The translations under genes were made by a program, and so were the position numbers. Under the pieces are notes generated by a model. The model ran no database searches and was not told the origin of the DNA. It worked only from the letters and a program-made list of their open reading frames with translations. From the NCBI GenBank assembly GCA_034091885.1, contig JAXFXA010000052.1:2963-66962 (forward strand): a stretch of DNA of 64,000 nt, read 5' to 3'. Below are positions 1 through 11,582 of the stretch, piece by piece (the stretch's first letter is position 1; each line of letters begins with the position of its first letter). The DNA is from Corynebacterium sp. GTDB taxonomy: Bacteria > Actinomycetota > Actinomycetes > Mycobacteriales > Mycobacteriaceae.

Positions 1-94
1 CCCAAGTTAAAGGAAATTGCCGATATCATTGCTGATTCCAACGAGGACCATGGCGTCATCACCATGATCCAGCGTTGGTTTGACAATCCTGCTT

Positions 95-418
95 CTATTC
101 AGCCTTAAACTCAGCCATTTTGTCCCACTCGGACTTGCCGGGAATCTTGGTATTGACGATGTCCGGTGTCTCAACCAAATACTTAGGCATTTCCTTGGTG
201 GCGCGCTGGAAATGATCCGAGTTGACGTGTGCTTCATCGGCGCCGTCTTCAAATGCTTCGATGAGCAAGTAGCGCTGCGGATCCTCAGGATCACGGTAGA
301 ACTTAAACCACAAGCATCCTTCTTCAGCGTTGCAGGCTTGGGTAAACCACTTCACTTCATCAAGAAACGTCTCAGCATATTCGGGCTTGACATGGAACTT
401 TACGTTGATCAAAATCAT
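95..418 (-). CDS. Putative quinol monooxygenase / antibiotic biosynthesis monooxygenase (ABM) domain protein
   Basis: 107 aa; MILINVKFHVKPE...EEGCLWF...YLLIEAF...AHVNSDHF is the typical ABM/YgiN pattern. Confidence 0.85.
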   Translation of the reverse strand: MILINVKFHVKPEYAETFLDEVKWFTQACNAEEGCLWFKFYRDPEDPQRYLLIEAFEDGADEAHVNSDHFQRATKEMPKYLVETPDIVNTKIPGKSEWDKMAEFKAE

Positions 419-498
419 GCCGCCCAGTCTACGGGCTCCTAGCCCACCTTGCAGGAGCCCGATTTACTGGCAATACTGCCGGTGGAGTTCTAACTTGC

Positions 499-1089
499 TT
501 AGTTCAGGAAGAACTCAGCAATATAGACGAACTGACCGTCCGACGCTGTGGCAACTCCAAAACCGGTTGGGGTGTTGTGTGGGTTGGTGGCTCGGTTAAG
601 CCAACCCACACGGTCTTGAGCTTGTGCGGGGGTTAGTCGCAAAATGTTACCGGTGCCCTTATCTTTGCCCTGGGCACCGTGGCCCACGCCGTCTTTGAAA
701 CTTATGGAGCCGGCAGCAGCGTCCTTTACCCATTGAGTGGCAATGCTTTGTGCCTCAGCATTGGGTTTGTGCCCTTGTGCAATCAAATGCTCTGTAGTCT
801 TGCTCTGCAATTGGGCGCGGATAGCGCGGTGTGCATTAGCACCAGGTAAAGTGATGCCGAACTGAGCAGCGGCTTGCTTGACAGGCGCAGGCAGACCAGA
901 TGATAAACGAGCAGCGGCGTTTTCTGCTTCATCGGCCATAGTGGAAGACAACGTGGTGACATCGGCAAGCTGTGCGGAAGCAGACGACTGGGCGGAGGCA
1001 ACCCCTGTGCTGCCAAAGACAAGGACACCAGCAAGAGCCAGTGCACCCAAACGGCGAGTGGAAGATTTAGAGAAAGCAGAAATAGTCAT
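499..1089 (-). CDS. Secreted hypothetical protein
   Basis: 196 aa; basic N-terminus, hydrophobic core and ASA|QSS signal peptidase site typical of corynebacterial exported proteins. Confidence 0.7.
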   Translation of the reverse strand: MTISAFSKSSTRRLGALALAGVLVFGSTGVASAQSSASAQLADVTTLSSTMADEAENAAARLSSGLPAPVKQAAAQFGITLPGANAHRAIRAQLQSKTTEHLIAQGHKPNAEAQSIATQWVKDAAAGSISFKDGVGHGAQGKDKGTGNILRLTPAQAQDRVGWLNRATNPHNTPTGFGVATASDGQFVYIAEFFLN

Positions 1090-1203
1090 GAACTAGACCC
1101 TGCCATAATTCCCCGGAATCTTACACCCGCTAGCAGGGATACCCGCAGAATTTTTATAACTTCGTAATAACTTTGCCAGGTCTTTTTTAGGAGAAAACTT
1201 AGT

Positions 1204-3045
1204 CTACGACTCTAATTTCTCGCCGAGTTCCATCCACTCCATTTCCAATTCTTCCCGCGTTGCTTCCAAAGCCTTGAGCTCGGTATCGAGCTTGGTCAGT
1301 GCTCCTGTATCGACCTTTTCAGCAGCTACTGCCATGTCCGCGTGAATCTTTTCAATCTGTGGATCGAGTTTGTTCATCTTCCGCTCTAAAGCATTCATTT
1401 TCTTCGTGATTTCACGCTGTTCTTGGTTGCTCAGTGCAGTCCCTTGCGCCGGTGCCGCTGGGGCTTTTTTAGCTAATGCTTGTGGCTGGGAAGCACTGTG
1501 TCCCGCAGTAGATAAATCCAACGGACCTGCAGAATTGTTCTCCTCCCGCTGCGCACGCCGTGCAAGATACTCCTCAATGCCTCCTGGTAGATGTGTAAGA
1601 GACCCATCCCCAAAAAGCGCATAGGTATTGTCAGCGATACGCTCTACGAGGTAACGATCGTGCGAGATAACGACCAATGTGCCTGGCCAGGAATCTAAAA
1701 GGCTTTCCAGTTCCTGCAACGTGTCAATGTCTAGATCATTAGTGGGCTCATCAAGCAACAACACATTCGGCTCAGCCATAAGCACACGAGTTAACTGCAA
1801 ACGACGACGCTCACCACCGGACAAATCCCCAATGGGAGTGCGCTGGCGCTTAGGCGAGAATCCCAGGCGTTCTGCCAACTGAGAAGCAGACATTTCTTTC
1901 TTCCCCAGTTGAACATAAGTGGCTACGTCCTCGATGGCGTCGAGCAGCCTGCGTGATGGATCAAGATCATCGAGTTCCTGCCGCAACCAACCCAAACGAA
2001 CTGTTTGCCCTTGAATACGCCGACCCGCTGTTAGCGGATGCTCCCCTGCCAGAGTGCGCAACAGCGTTGTCTTTCCTGAACCATTAACTCCCACCAAACC
2101 GATGCGCTCACCAGGAGCCAACCGCCACGTTAAATCCTTGACAAGCTCACGACCATCGGGAGTTGCAATGGTGGCGTCCTCCAACTCGATTACAACGCGT
2201 CCTTGCCGCTGCCTGGAAAATGCCATCAGCTCCACCGAATTGCGGGGCGCGGGTACATCAGCGATAAGCGACTCCGCCGCTTCAATGCGATAACGCGGCT
2301 TCGACGTACGCGCCGGTGCGCCACGGCGCAACCACGCCAGTTCCTTTCGGGCCAGATTCTGGCGGCGCTGTTCCATCGCGTCAGCTTGACGCGCGCGTTC
2401 GGCTCGGGCGAATGTCCAATCGTTATAGCCACCCTCATAAGTATCTACTTGACCATCATGGACTTCCCACGTCAGGTTGGCCACGGTGTCCAAAAACCAG
2501 CGGTCGTGGGTGACAACGACAACCGCAATCTTGCGGGACAGCAAATGTTGGGCCAACCACTGCACACCTTCAATATCCAGGTGGTTTGTCGGCTCATCTA
2601 ACACCACGAGATCTAAATCTTGCACCAATGCCGCGGCCAAGTTAACTCGACGACGCTCGCCACCAGATAGCGATCCCACTGGGGTATCCAGGCCTAAATC
2701 AACAATGCCAAGACCAGATAAGACATCTCGAACTTTGGCATTTGAAGCCCACTCAAACGTCTCCAAACCCATCGGTGCGATGACGGCGTCCGCAATTGTG
2801 AGAGATTCTTCAAGCTCAAAGCGCTGGGTGACTACAGCCATCCGCAATGCAGAGTTATGAGAAACTCGGCCAGAATCAGCTGGTTCAATACCTGTTAATA
2901 CTTCTAGCAGCGTGGTCTTTCCACCACCATTGACGCCTACGATGCCAATGCGGTCTTCGCTTTGTACACCCAAAGACACATTGTCTAGTAGTGTTTGCAA
3001 ACCGAAAGACTTGCTCACTTGTTCTAGGTTAATGAGGTTTACCAT
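1204..3045 (-). CDS. ABC-F family ATP-binding protein (Uup-like)
   Basis: Two NBDs (GVNGGGKTT, GVNGSGKTT; LSGGERRR twice; LDEPTNHLD/LDEPTNDLD), no TM segments, C-terminal coiled coil. Confidence 0.93.
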   Translation of the reverse strand: MVNLINLEQVSKSFGLQTLLDNVSLGVQSEDRIGIVGVNGGGKTTLLEVLTGIEPADSGRVSHNSALRMAVVTQRFELEESLTIADAVIAPMGLETFEWASNAKVRDVLSGLGIVDLGLDTPVGSLSGGERRRVNLAAALVQDLDLVVLDEPTNHLDIEGVQWLAQHLLSRKIAVVVVTHDRWFLDTVANLTWEVHDGQVDTYEGGYNDWTFARAERARQADAMEQRRQNLARKELAWLRRGAPARTSKPRYRIEAAESLIADVPAPRNSVELMAFSRQRQGRVVIELEDATIATPDGRELVKDLTWRLAPGERIGLVGVNGSGKTTLLRTLAGEHPLTAGRRIQGQTVRLGWLRQELDDLDPSRRLLDAIEDVATYVQLGKKEMSASQLAERLGFSPKRQRTPIGDLSGGERRRLQLTRVLMAEPNVLLLDEPTNDLDIDTLQELESLLDSWPGTLVVISHDRYLVERIADNTYALFGDGSLTHLPGGIEEYLARRAQREENNSAGPLDLSTAGHSASQPQALAKKAPAAPAQGTALSNQEQREITKKMNALERKMNKLDPQIEKIHADMAVAAEKVDTGALTKLDTELKALEATREELEMEWMELGEKLES

Positions 3046-3061
3046 GAGTTTTTATAAAACC

Positions 3062-4108
3062 TTATTTCCAATCGTTGCTGTCAACGAGGCGCGCCCCGCG
3101 GGCCGGTGACGTAGTGACGAACCCGCGTGTTCCTGGGACCTCTGTAACAATGATGTCGCGGACTTCGCGAGCAATAGCTGCCGACGGGCACAACAGTGCG
3201 ATGGTAGGTCCAGAACCGGACACCATACCGCGCAGTGCTCCTGACTCTTGTCCCAGGTCAATAATTGTGCGCAGGCTCGGGCGCAGCGAGAAAGACGCCG
3301 CTTGTAGATCGTTGCGCATTGCTCGGGCTAGTTGTTCACAATCGCCTGTGGTTACTGCCTGCGACACCGCTGATGTGTCGAGGTGAGGTGCTAGGGCATC
3401 GAGCCGTTGTTGATCTCCAGCCAAAGATGCGCTTTCTCGCAGCTCATCGAGTTTTTTAAACACTTTCGGTGTTGACAGTCCTTCTTGAGAGGCTATGAAA
3501 CACCAATGGAAAGTACCCCGCGCCAACACCGGAGTTAGCACGTCGCCGCGACCAGTACCTAAGGCTGTGCCGCCTAAGAGGCAAAATGGGACATCAGCAC
3601 CCAACTGTGCTGCCAAATCTCTCAATGTCTCACGGTCCAGCGCGGGAGCTTCTTGCTTTCTGCTGCCTGCTACATCGCCTTTTTCATACCACGCACCAAA
3701 GGCTGCATTCGCCGCGATCAGTGCCGCTGCGGCATCTGCCGAGCCACCGGCCATACCTCCTGCCGCAGGAATATTTTTCACAATCGCCACGCGCAAAGCA
3801 GGCTGTTGTTTAAGCCCGACCAACGCAGGAAACAGTTCACTAAAGCGCTGGTGAACGAGCTCAATTGCCTTCCACACCAAGTTGGATTCATCGTCTGGCA
3901 CTCCTGTTGCTGTGGGGCCTGAGACTTGTAAGGGACCATGGATGCCGCCGATGGAATCATCGAAAAGCTCAATGCTCACTTCATCTGCCAAATCCACAGC
4001 TTGGAAAATGGTAACCAGATCATGGTATCCATCACTACGCGGCCATCCGCAGCCCAAATGTACATTGACCTTGCCACTTGCGCGGGCAGTGAATGTCCTA
4101 TTTGCCAT
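3062..4108 (-). CDS. ispE: 4-diphosphocytidyl-2-C-methyl-D-erythritol kinase
   Basis: [35 protein letters not shown] (GHMP motif), VSGSGPT; conserved position after rsmA. Confidence 0.95.
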   Translation of the reverse strand: MANRTFTARASGKVNVHLGCGWPRSDGYHDLVTIFQAVDLADEVSIELFDDSIGGIHGPLQVSGPTATGVPDDESNLVWKAIELVHQRFSELFPALVGLKQQPALRVAIVKNIPAAGGMAGGSADAAAALIAANAAFGAWYEKGDVAGSRKQEAPALDRETLRDLAAQLGADVPFCLLGGTALGTGRGDVLTPVLARGTFHWCFIASQEGLSTPKVFKKLDELRESASLAGDQQRLDALAPHLDTSAVSQAVTTGDCEQLARAMRNDLQAASFSLRPSLRTIIDLGQESGALRGMVSGSGPTIALLCPSAAIAREVRDIIVTEVPGTRGFVTTSPARGARLVDSNDWK

Positions 4109-4940
4109 CGTCAGCTACCTCCGCCAGTCGCATAAAATCATCGATCGATAACTTCTCACCCCGCAAAGTGGGTTCGATTTCTGCTGCACGGAGTACTTCT
4201 TCTGCCTGTGCGCCAGAGCCAAAATAGCCAGAAAGTGCTGCGCGAAGGGTTTTGCGGCGCTGGGCGAAGGCGGCATCGATAAGCGGCCACAATGCGACAG
4301 GACGTTCTCGCGGCGGATAGCAATCAATGCGCACCAAACCCGACTCAATATTGGGCGCGGGCCAAAAAACATGCTTGCCGATGTTCCCTGCCTTGCGCAC
4401 ATCCCCATAAAACGAAGCCTTGACGCTGGGTACACCATAGACCTTGGAGCCAGGCTCGGCCGCTAGACGGTCGGCCACTTCCAACTGCACCATCACCAAC
4501 ACCCTGCGAATGGAAGGATAAAGCTCAAGCACATGCAACAAAACCGGAACTGCCACGTTATACGGCAAGTTGGCCACTAAAGCGGTAGGAGCCCCCAACT
4601 CCTCTGCCGTAATCTTTAACGCATCTTTATGAACAAGGGTCAACTTATCGGCATGTTCTGGAGCCCGCCACGCCACCGTTTGGGGCAATTCTGCGGCCAA
4701 GCGCGGATCAATTTCTACAGCGGTGACGTTATCTACGACATCAAGTAGACCCAACGTTAATGAACCAAGCCCCGGACCAACTTCAACAACGCGATCTGAA
4801 GGTTCCAACTCCGCGGCCGCCACAATGCGCCGAATAGTATTGGGATCATGAAGAAAGTTTTGCCCCCACTTCTTTGTAGGGGTAACTTCCAGTTTCTCCG
4901 CAAGCTGGCGGATTTCAACAGGGCCGAGGAGATTGGACAT
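4098..4940 (-). CDS. rsmA: 16S rRNA m6,2A1518/1519 dimethyltransferase
   Basis: [29 protein letters not shown]; start placed at [11 protein letters not shown] (ATG 4940). Confidence 0.96.
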   Translation of the reverse strand: MSNLLGPVEIRQLAEKLEVTPTKKWGQNFLHDPNTIRRIVAAAELEPSDRVVEVGPGLGSLTLGLLDVVDNVTAVEIDPRLAAELPQTVAWRAPEHADKLTLVHKDALKITAEELGAPTALVANLPYNVAVPVLLHVLELYPSIRRVLVMVQLEVADRLAAEPGSKVYGVPSVKASFYGDVRKAGNIGKHVFWPAPNIESGLVRIDCYPPRERPVALWPLIDAAFAQRRKTLRAALSGYFGSGAQAEEVLRAAEIEPTLRGEKLSIDDFMRLAEVADDGK

Positions 4941-5007
4941 GCTCTCTAATCTATCGCACCAACGACCTATCTCCTGCAACGCCGGACTCACCAGCTGCGG
5001 ATAGGCG

Positions 5008-6180
<1,173 letters not shown>

Positions 6181-6415
6181 TTATGGTGACACGTTCTATC
6201 AGAACTCAATCTGACTGGACTCGTACCTGCTGACGCTTTCCATGCACTGCTAATCCAGTACAAGAATGCGCCTGCGGCATATATTTCAATAACGATACGA
6301 TAACGGCGCCGGCGAGTCGATGAACGACATACCCCAGCTGCGTCCCACCATTCCCGCTTAAACCCTACAGTCACATAACCCACATGAATATCGCCCTACC
6401 AGCAGAAACTTCCAG

Positions 6416-6431
6416 TGTGAGTCCTCTCACA
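6416..6431. promoter_or_regulatory. GlxR/CRP-type binding site upstream of rpf2
   Basis: Perfect TGTGA-gtcctc-TCACA in the tatD-rpf2 intergenic region. Confidence 0.75.
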
Positions 6432-6461
6432 AACCAAGCGTTGGGTGTATTCGCAAGATGA

Positions 6462-7286
6462 TTAGACTCCAAAAACACGGCTGAAATTCGCCGCAACAAT
6501 CTCCGCAAGTTCTTCCACTGCGATCCCACGGGCATCCGCTACACACTTGTAGGTATGCCCGATCAGGAACGGCTCATTACGCGAGCCCCGAAACGGTTCC
6601 GGTGTCATATAAGGAGCATCCGTTTCAATGAGGATCTGTTCCGCAGGAGCCAAAGCCGCTGCAGTACGCAAGTCATCATTTCTCTTAAACGTGACGTTTC
6701 CGCAAAAAGACAGAATATATCCACGTTCAAGGGACTGTTTTGCCACTGCAAGCGGCGAAGAAAAGCAGTGCAGCATGACATTTGGTAGTTCTGAGACTCC
6801 CCCAAGTTCCCGCATAAGGTGCTCATCAGCCTCACGGTTATGAATCATGAGTGTCTTATTAACATCACGAGCTACTTGCGCATGCCAGTGCAGCGCCTCA
6901 ATTTGTACCTCAAGCGCGGCCGTATTTTCCGGATCGTGTGCAATCCAATACGTATCTAGGCCAGTCTCTCCCACTGCGACACAGCGGGGGTCTTCTGCAA
7001 GCTCACGAAGACGCAACTGCGCCGAGGCATCCAAAGTCTGCGCTTTAGTGGGGTGAATAGCACACGCCGCATAAACCGAATCGTGTCCTTTGGCCACGTT
7101 CAGAGCTTCTTCTGCCTCTGCCAAGCCATCGCCCACCGTACATATCCGCTCAACTCCCGCGGCATGTGCACGTGCAATGAGAGCACCAATTTCACCATTG
7201 CACGACGTCAAATGCGTGTGTGCATCCACGATTCCGGGAATGACGGGATAGGGTACCGGAGCTGGGCGTGGCTTCTTCTTTGACAT
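6462..7286 (-). CDS. tatD: TatD family hydrolase
   Basis: DAHTH, GETGLD, IHNRE, LHCFS, ETDAPY metal-binding motifs. Confidence 0.93.
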   Translation of the reverse strand: MSKKKPRPAPVPYPVIPGIVDAHTHLTSCNGEIGALIARAHAAGVERICTVGDGLAEAEEALNVAKGHDSVYAACAIHPTKAQTLDASAQLRLRELAEDPRCVAVGETGLDTYWIAHDPENTAALEVQIEALHWHAQVARDVNKTLMIHNREADEHLMRELGGVSELPNVMLHCFSSPLAVAKQSLERGYILSFCGNVTFKRNDDLRTAAALAPAEQILIETDAPYMTPEPFRGSRNEPFLIGHTYKCVADARGIAVEELAEIVAANFSRVFGV

Positions 7287-7316
7287 GCAGTTACAAGCTT
7301 TCTAGCACTGGGGAAC

Positions 7317-9146
7317 TTAATTTACCGGCGCCCATGAAGGGCCAGTTTGGCCCAATTCAGGATCAAGCTTAGCGATGAGAGGCTGTGGCTTTTCCAACGT
7401 AGTTCCCGGAACAATGTCAACACGTGCCCACGTGGCCTGCTGCGATGCATAATCACCAGTAATGATTGGATAAGGGTGATTCTCAGGTGGCAAGCCCACT
7501 CCAACGAGCTCTACAGGAATGTCGTCGTGTACTTCCTTAATTTCCGGACGGGCGGCCCACACGCCAGTTCGACCTAATGTCTCATGCACGCGCTGTGCAG
7601 TGTGTGGCAAAAATGGCGTGAGCATTACGTTACAGTCAGAAACAACCTGCAATGCTGTCCATAATACGGTGGCTAAACGCTCACGCTGAGACTCATCTTT
7701 AGCCAACTTCCACGGCTCTTGTTCGGCAATGTAGGCATTGGCTTCACCCACCACATGCATAACCGCAGTAATCGCCGTCTTGAACTTGGACTGCTCTAAA
7801 GCTGCAGCAGCGTCTGCAAAAGTTTTCTCTGCTAGCTCGAGAATACGAGTATCCGATTCTTCCAGTGCACTAGGAACTGGCACTTCACCAAAGTTCTTAT
7901 GCGCCATTGACACGGTGCGGTTGACCAAGTTGCCCCAACCATTTGCCAACTCATTGTTGACGCGGCGAACAAACTCATCCCAGGTGAAATCAGTGTCATT
8001 GTTTTCTGGTCCCGCCACTGCAATGAAATAACGCAATGGATCAGGTCCGAATTCAGCAAGGAAGTCCTTTACGTAAATAACGACGCCTTTAGACGATGAG
8101 AACTTTGACCCAGACATCGTCAAAAATTCCGAAGATACGACCTCAGTAGGTAAGTTAAGCTCACCATAAGCATGAGGCGTGCCGCCCTTTTCTCCCTTAC
8201 CTGCATAACCTAATAATTCAGCCGGCCAAATTTGAGAGTGGAACGTGATGTTGTCTTTGCCCATGAAGTAGTAGTGACGAGCCTCAGGGTTTTGCCAAAA
8301 CTCTTTCCACGCTTCTGGCTTGCCAGAACGGTGAGCCCACTCAATGGAAGCAGACAAGTAGCCCACAACGGCATCGAACCACACATAGAGCTTCTTTGCA
8401 CCATTGTCTGCCCAGCCCTCAATAGGTACTGGGATGCCCCAGTCAATGTCACGAGTCATTGCACGTGGACGAATATCCTCGAGCAAATTCAGTGAGAACT
8501 TTAAGACGTTCGGACGCCAATCCTCGCGGGTGGAAAGCCATGTCGAGAGGGCATCGGCAAGCGCGGGCAAATCTAGCAAAAAGTGCTCTGTCTCAATAAA
8601 CTTGGGTGTTTCACCGTTGATCTTGGACACCGGGTTGATCAAATCAATTGGATCAAGCTGATTGCCGCAGTTATCACACTGATCGCCGCGAGCATCTTCG
8701 GCGCCACAAATAGGACAACGTCCCTCAATATAGCGATCTGGAAGCGTGCGTCCCGTGGAAGGGGAAATGGCACCCATTGTCGTCTCTTTAATCATGTAAC
8801 CGTTGTCATACAGTCCTTTAAACAGCTCCTGTACTACGGCATAGTGATTGCGTGTGGCGGTACGGGTAAACATGTCATAAGACAAGCCCAATCCCGCTAG
8901 GTCCTGGACAATTTGGCGGTTGTAGCCATCTGCCAAATCACGAACCGATACGCCTTCTTTATCTGCTTGCACCAACAATGGCGTTCCGTGTTCATCAGTG
9001 CCCGAGACCATGAGAACGTTGCGGCCGCGCATTCGCTGGAAGCGCGCAAACACGTCAGAGGGAACACCGAAACCAGCCACGTGTCCGATGTGTCGTGGGC
9101 CGTTGGCGTAGGGCCAAGCAACGTTTACTACTACAGACTCAGTCAT
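7317..9146 (-). CDS. metG: Methionyl-tRNA synthetase
   Basis: [11 protein letters not shown] (HIGH), CPIC...CDNC Zn knuckle, KFSSS (KMSKS-like); start MTESVVVNV with TAAAGT 7 nt upstream (leaderless-type). Confidence 0.97.
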   Translation of the reverse strand: MTESVVVNVAWPYANGPRHIGHVAGFGVPSDVFARFQRMRGRNVLMVSGTDEHGTPLLVQADKEGVSVRDLADGYNRQIVQDLAGLGLSYDMFTRTATRNHYAVVQELFKGLYDNGYMIKETTMGAISPSTGRTLPDRYIEGRCPICGAEDARGDQCDNCGNQLDPIDLINPVSKINGETPKFIETEHFLLDLPALADALSTWLSTREDWRPNVLKFSLNLLEDIRPRAMTRDIDWGIPVPIEGWADNGAKKLYVWFDAVVGYLSASIEWAHRSGKPEAWKEFWQNPEARHYYFMGKDNITFHSQIWPAELLGYAGKGEKGGTPHAYGELNLPTEVVSSEFLTMSGSKFSSSKGVVIYVKDFLAEFGPDPLRYFIAVAGPENNDTDFTWDEFVRRVNNELANGWGNLVNRTVSMAHKNFGEVPVPSALEESDTRILELAEKTFADAAAALEQSKFKTAITAVMHVVGEANAYIAEQEPWKLAKDESQRERLATVLWTALQVVSDCNVMLTPFLPHTAQRVHETLGRTGVWAARPEIKEVHDDIPVELVGVGLPPENHPYPIITGDYASQQATWARVDIVPGTTLEKPQPLIAKLDPELGQTGPSWAPVN

Positions 9147-9291
9147 GCACTCTACTTTATCCAAGCCTGCCGACATTTCAGATTTATGGGGCATCAAAAC
9201 AAAAATGCTGTACTGGTAGTGCGCAGAGACTTTACTCTTAACGCTGCCAATACAGCAGGTCATCTCCTATGACAATGCCCGAAGGACTGAC

Positions 9292-9606
9292 TTATAGGTT
9301 TGCCCCGGGAATCTTGGAAAAACGGCGCTTCGCACGTTCCTTTTCCATCTGTTCGCGGTGGAGACGACGCTCTCGTGCCAGCTTTCGTTGGATTGCCTGC
9401 GCATCACGATATTCAACATAGATCACATCGTTGCTCAGGTCCTTGACGTTTACAAACAGCAGCAGAAGTCCAACGGAAGCGGTAAGGGCACCCCGCACGG
9501 CCGAGAGCCACGGCGAAACGTCCACCCAACTATTTTGAGACATAGACCCCGTCACAGTTGATGCTGAATCCGCTGACGTAATAAAGAACGTGGCCAGCAA
9601 AACCAG
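9292..9606 (-). pseudogene. betP: 3' remnant of BCCT glycine-betaine transporter BetP
   Basis: LLATFFITSADSASTV and VKDLSNDVIYVEYR...RKLARERRLH match the BetP TM11 region and C-terminal osmosensor helix; upstream frame closed at 9619-9621; segment around TM12 missing. Confidence 0.85.
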
Positions 9607-9645
9607 TTTCTCCGCACCTTACAAAACTGCATTTCACAACGTTAT

Positions 9646-9658
9646 TGAACGGTGTTAA
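9646..9658 (+). promoter_or_regulatory. BioQ-like operator overlapping the -10 element of bioWF
   Basis: TGAAC-ggt-GTTAA resembles the TGAAC-N3-GTTAC/GTTCA BioQ box; overlaps TAAATT (9656-9661), which lies 7 nt before GTG 9669. Confidence 0.7.
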
Positions 9659-9668
9659 ATTGTGCAGT

Positions 9669-11582
9669 GTGACTACCTACAGTATCCGAATGCGCGCTGC
9701 CGAAAACGGACACCACATCTCTGGTGCGGAGCGGCTTGTCTCTCCTACAGACCTTCCCGAGCTTTCTGCGGCTATGACGCTGCGCGCTCTCAGCCACGAT
9801 AAGGGAGTGCCCGACACCATCAACATCACGATGGAGCGTGTCGATGAAACCACAATCCGCACCGTTGCCGCTCTAGAGCCCGTGCAAGTTACCAATGCCT
9901 CGCCGGATACTGCCAAAACTCTCATCACGCACATTCTCAAAGAGGCAGGTGTCGCCGCAGCAGACCAAGCCGTCGAGTTTGTCTACTCCCTCACGGGTCT
10001 GCGCGGAGCAGCAATCGTTGACTCCGCAACAGGACACCGCATTGACCCCAATCCTGCCCGAGGCGTGCGTGTGTCCTGCTTCGACGCGATATCGCGCCCG
10101 GATGCGCACTGCGGGAAGAATCATTTCCAGGAGGCACTAACTTTGGCATCCAAGGTCGCTAGTGCACCAGGAATTATCGCAGAAGTGTGTATCTCCGATG
10201 ATCCTCATTACACGCAGGGGTATGTGGCCGCGCAAGGCAAGTACTTTCGAATTCCTAATATGAAAAGCCCAGGCTCAGCCCTGGGGACTCGCATTTTCAT
10301 CGCGGATCCGCATGCTAATTTAGACGAACTTATTGAGTACTTAGAAAACTGTCCAGTCCGAGTGGACTTACCTCCCCTAGCAAGCTCGCAGCCTGTAGCT
10401 AGTCCCCAGTCTCAACCGGCCGCAGCCGCTACGATCCACAAAGCGAGTCTTTCTGAAATCATTCAAGGCCGTAACACCCAGTGGGCAAACGACGGCCTAG
10501 CGCGCACGCTGCGAACTTTTACTTCCCCACAAATTCCACGCTCGACTATCGATGGCAAAGACTACCTTCTCTTTTCTTCCTCGGATTACCTCGGTTTTTC
10601 GACTCATCCTATGCTTATCGATGCCGCAATCTCAGCCATCCATAAATTAGGCACAGGCTCAGGCGGGTCACGCCTGACCACCGGTACCAGCATTCATTCT
10701 GAATTGGAAAATCGCCTGGCGCAGTTCTTCGGGCGTGAAGATGCAGTGCTATTTTCCACCGGCTACCAAGCCAATCACTCAACCATTTCCGCCATTGCGA
10801 CAGAGGAGGTAGCGATCTTTTCCGATAGCGGCAATCATGCCTCGATCATCGATGGTTGCCGCGCCGCAAAGGGGCAGGTCATGGTCTTTCCACATCTTGA
10901 CTACTCCACCTTGGATACGTTGTTGGCGTCCTCAACCGCACGCCACAAGCTTGTCATTTCTGATTCAGTATTTTCTATGTCTGGGGAAGTCATTGATGCC
11001 AAGGCATTGGAAGGCGTGTGCCGTCGCCATGGCGCATGGCTCATGCTTGACGATGCCCACGGGGTGGGTGTTCTCGGCGACCGAGGGAGAGGTGCAGCAT
11101 ATCACGGCGGAATCCACCCCGATATCGTGGTGGGTACAGCAAGCAAAGCCCTCGGTGTGGAAGGTGGCTTTGTCCTATGTGATGCCGAAGTAGGCACGTT
11201 TTTACGCAACCGTGCTCGCAGCTTTGTGTATTCAACATCTATGAATCCAGGCTCAGTCAAAGCTATTGAGGCCGCACTAGAGCTTTTGCAACAAGGCGAA
11301 CGCCTTAGTCAACTCCGCGTGAATATTGCCGCAGTGCGAAAGCTCCTCGCACTACCAGAAGATGACAACGCTAGCGCTATCATTCCACTTCGCGTGGGTG
11401 ACGAAGACCAAGCCGTGCAGCTTTCTGCCGCCCTCGCACACAATGGAATTTATATTCCAGCAATCCGCTACCCCACCGTCCCGCGCGGTGAGGCGATGCT
11501 TCGGCTAACCGTTACCGCCCTACACACCGCTTCCGATATTGACCAACTGGGCAATGAACTACGCCGCCTCGGAATCATCTAA
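9669..11582 (+). CDS. bioWF: Fused 6-carboxyhexanoate-CoA ligase (BioW) / 8-amino-7-oxononanoate synthase (BioF)
   Basis: N-half YSIRMRA...HISGAER...EALTLASKV...EVCISDDPHYTQGYV (BioW); P/A/S/Q linker; C-half SSSDYLG, GSGGSRL, LDDAHG, GTASKALG (BioF PLP lysine). Confidence 0.9.
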   Translation: MTTYSIRMRAAENGHHISGAERLVSPTDLPELSAAMTLRALSHDKGVPDTINITMERVDETTIRTVAALEPVQVTNASPDTAKTLITHILKEAGVAAADQAVEFVYSLTGLRGAAIVDSATGHRIDPNPARGVRVSCFDAISRPDAHCGKNHFQEALTLASKVASAPGIIAEVCISDDPHYTQGYVAAQGKYFRIPNMKSPGSALGTRIFIADPHANLDELIEYLENCPVRVDLPPLASSQPVASPQSQPAAAATIHKASLSEIIQGRNTQWANDGLARTLRTFTSPQIPRSTIDGKDYLLFSSSDYLGFSTHPMLIDAAISAIHKLGTGSGGSRLTTGTSIHSELENRLAQFFGREDAVLFSTGYQANHSTISAIATEEVAIFSDSGNHASIIDGCRAAKGQVMVFPHLDYSTLDTLLASSTARHKLVISDSVFSMSGEVIDAKALEGVCRRHGAWLMLDDAHGVGVLGDRGRGAAYHGGIHPDIVVGTASKALGVEGGFVLCDAEVGTFLRNRARSFVYSTSMNPGSVKAIEAALELLQQGERLSQLRVNIAAVRKLLALPEDDNASAIIPLRVGDEDQAVQLSAALAHNGIYIPAIRYPTVPRGEAMLRLTVTALHTASDIDQLGNELRRLGII

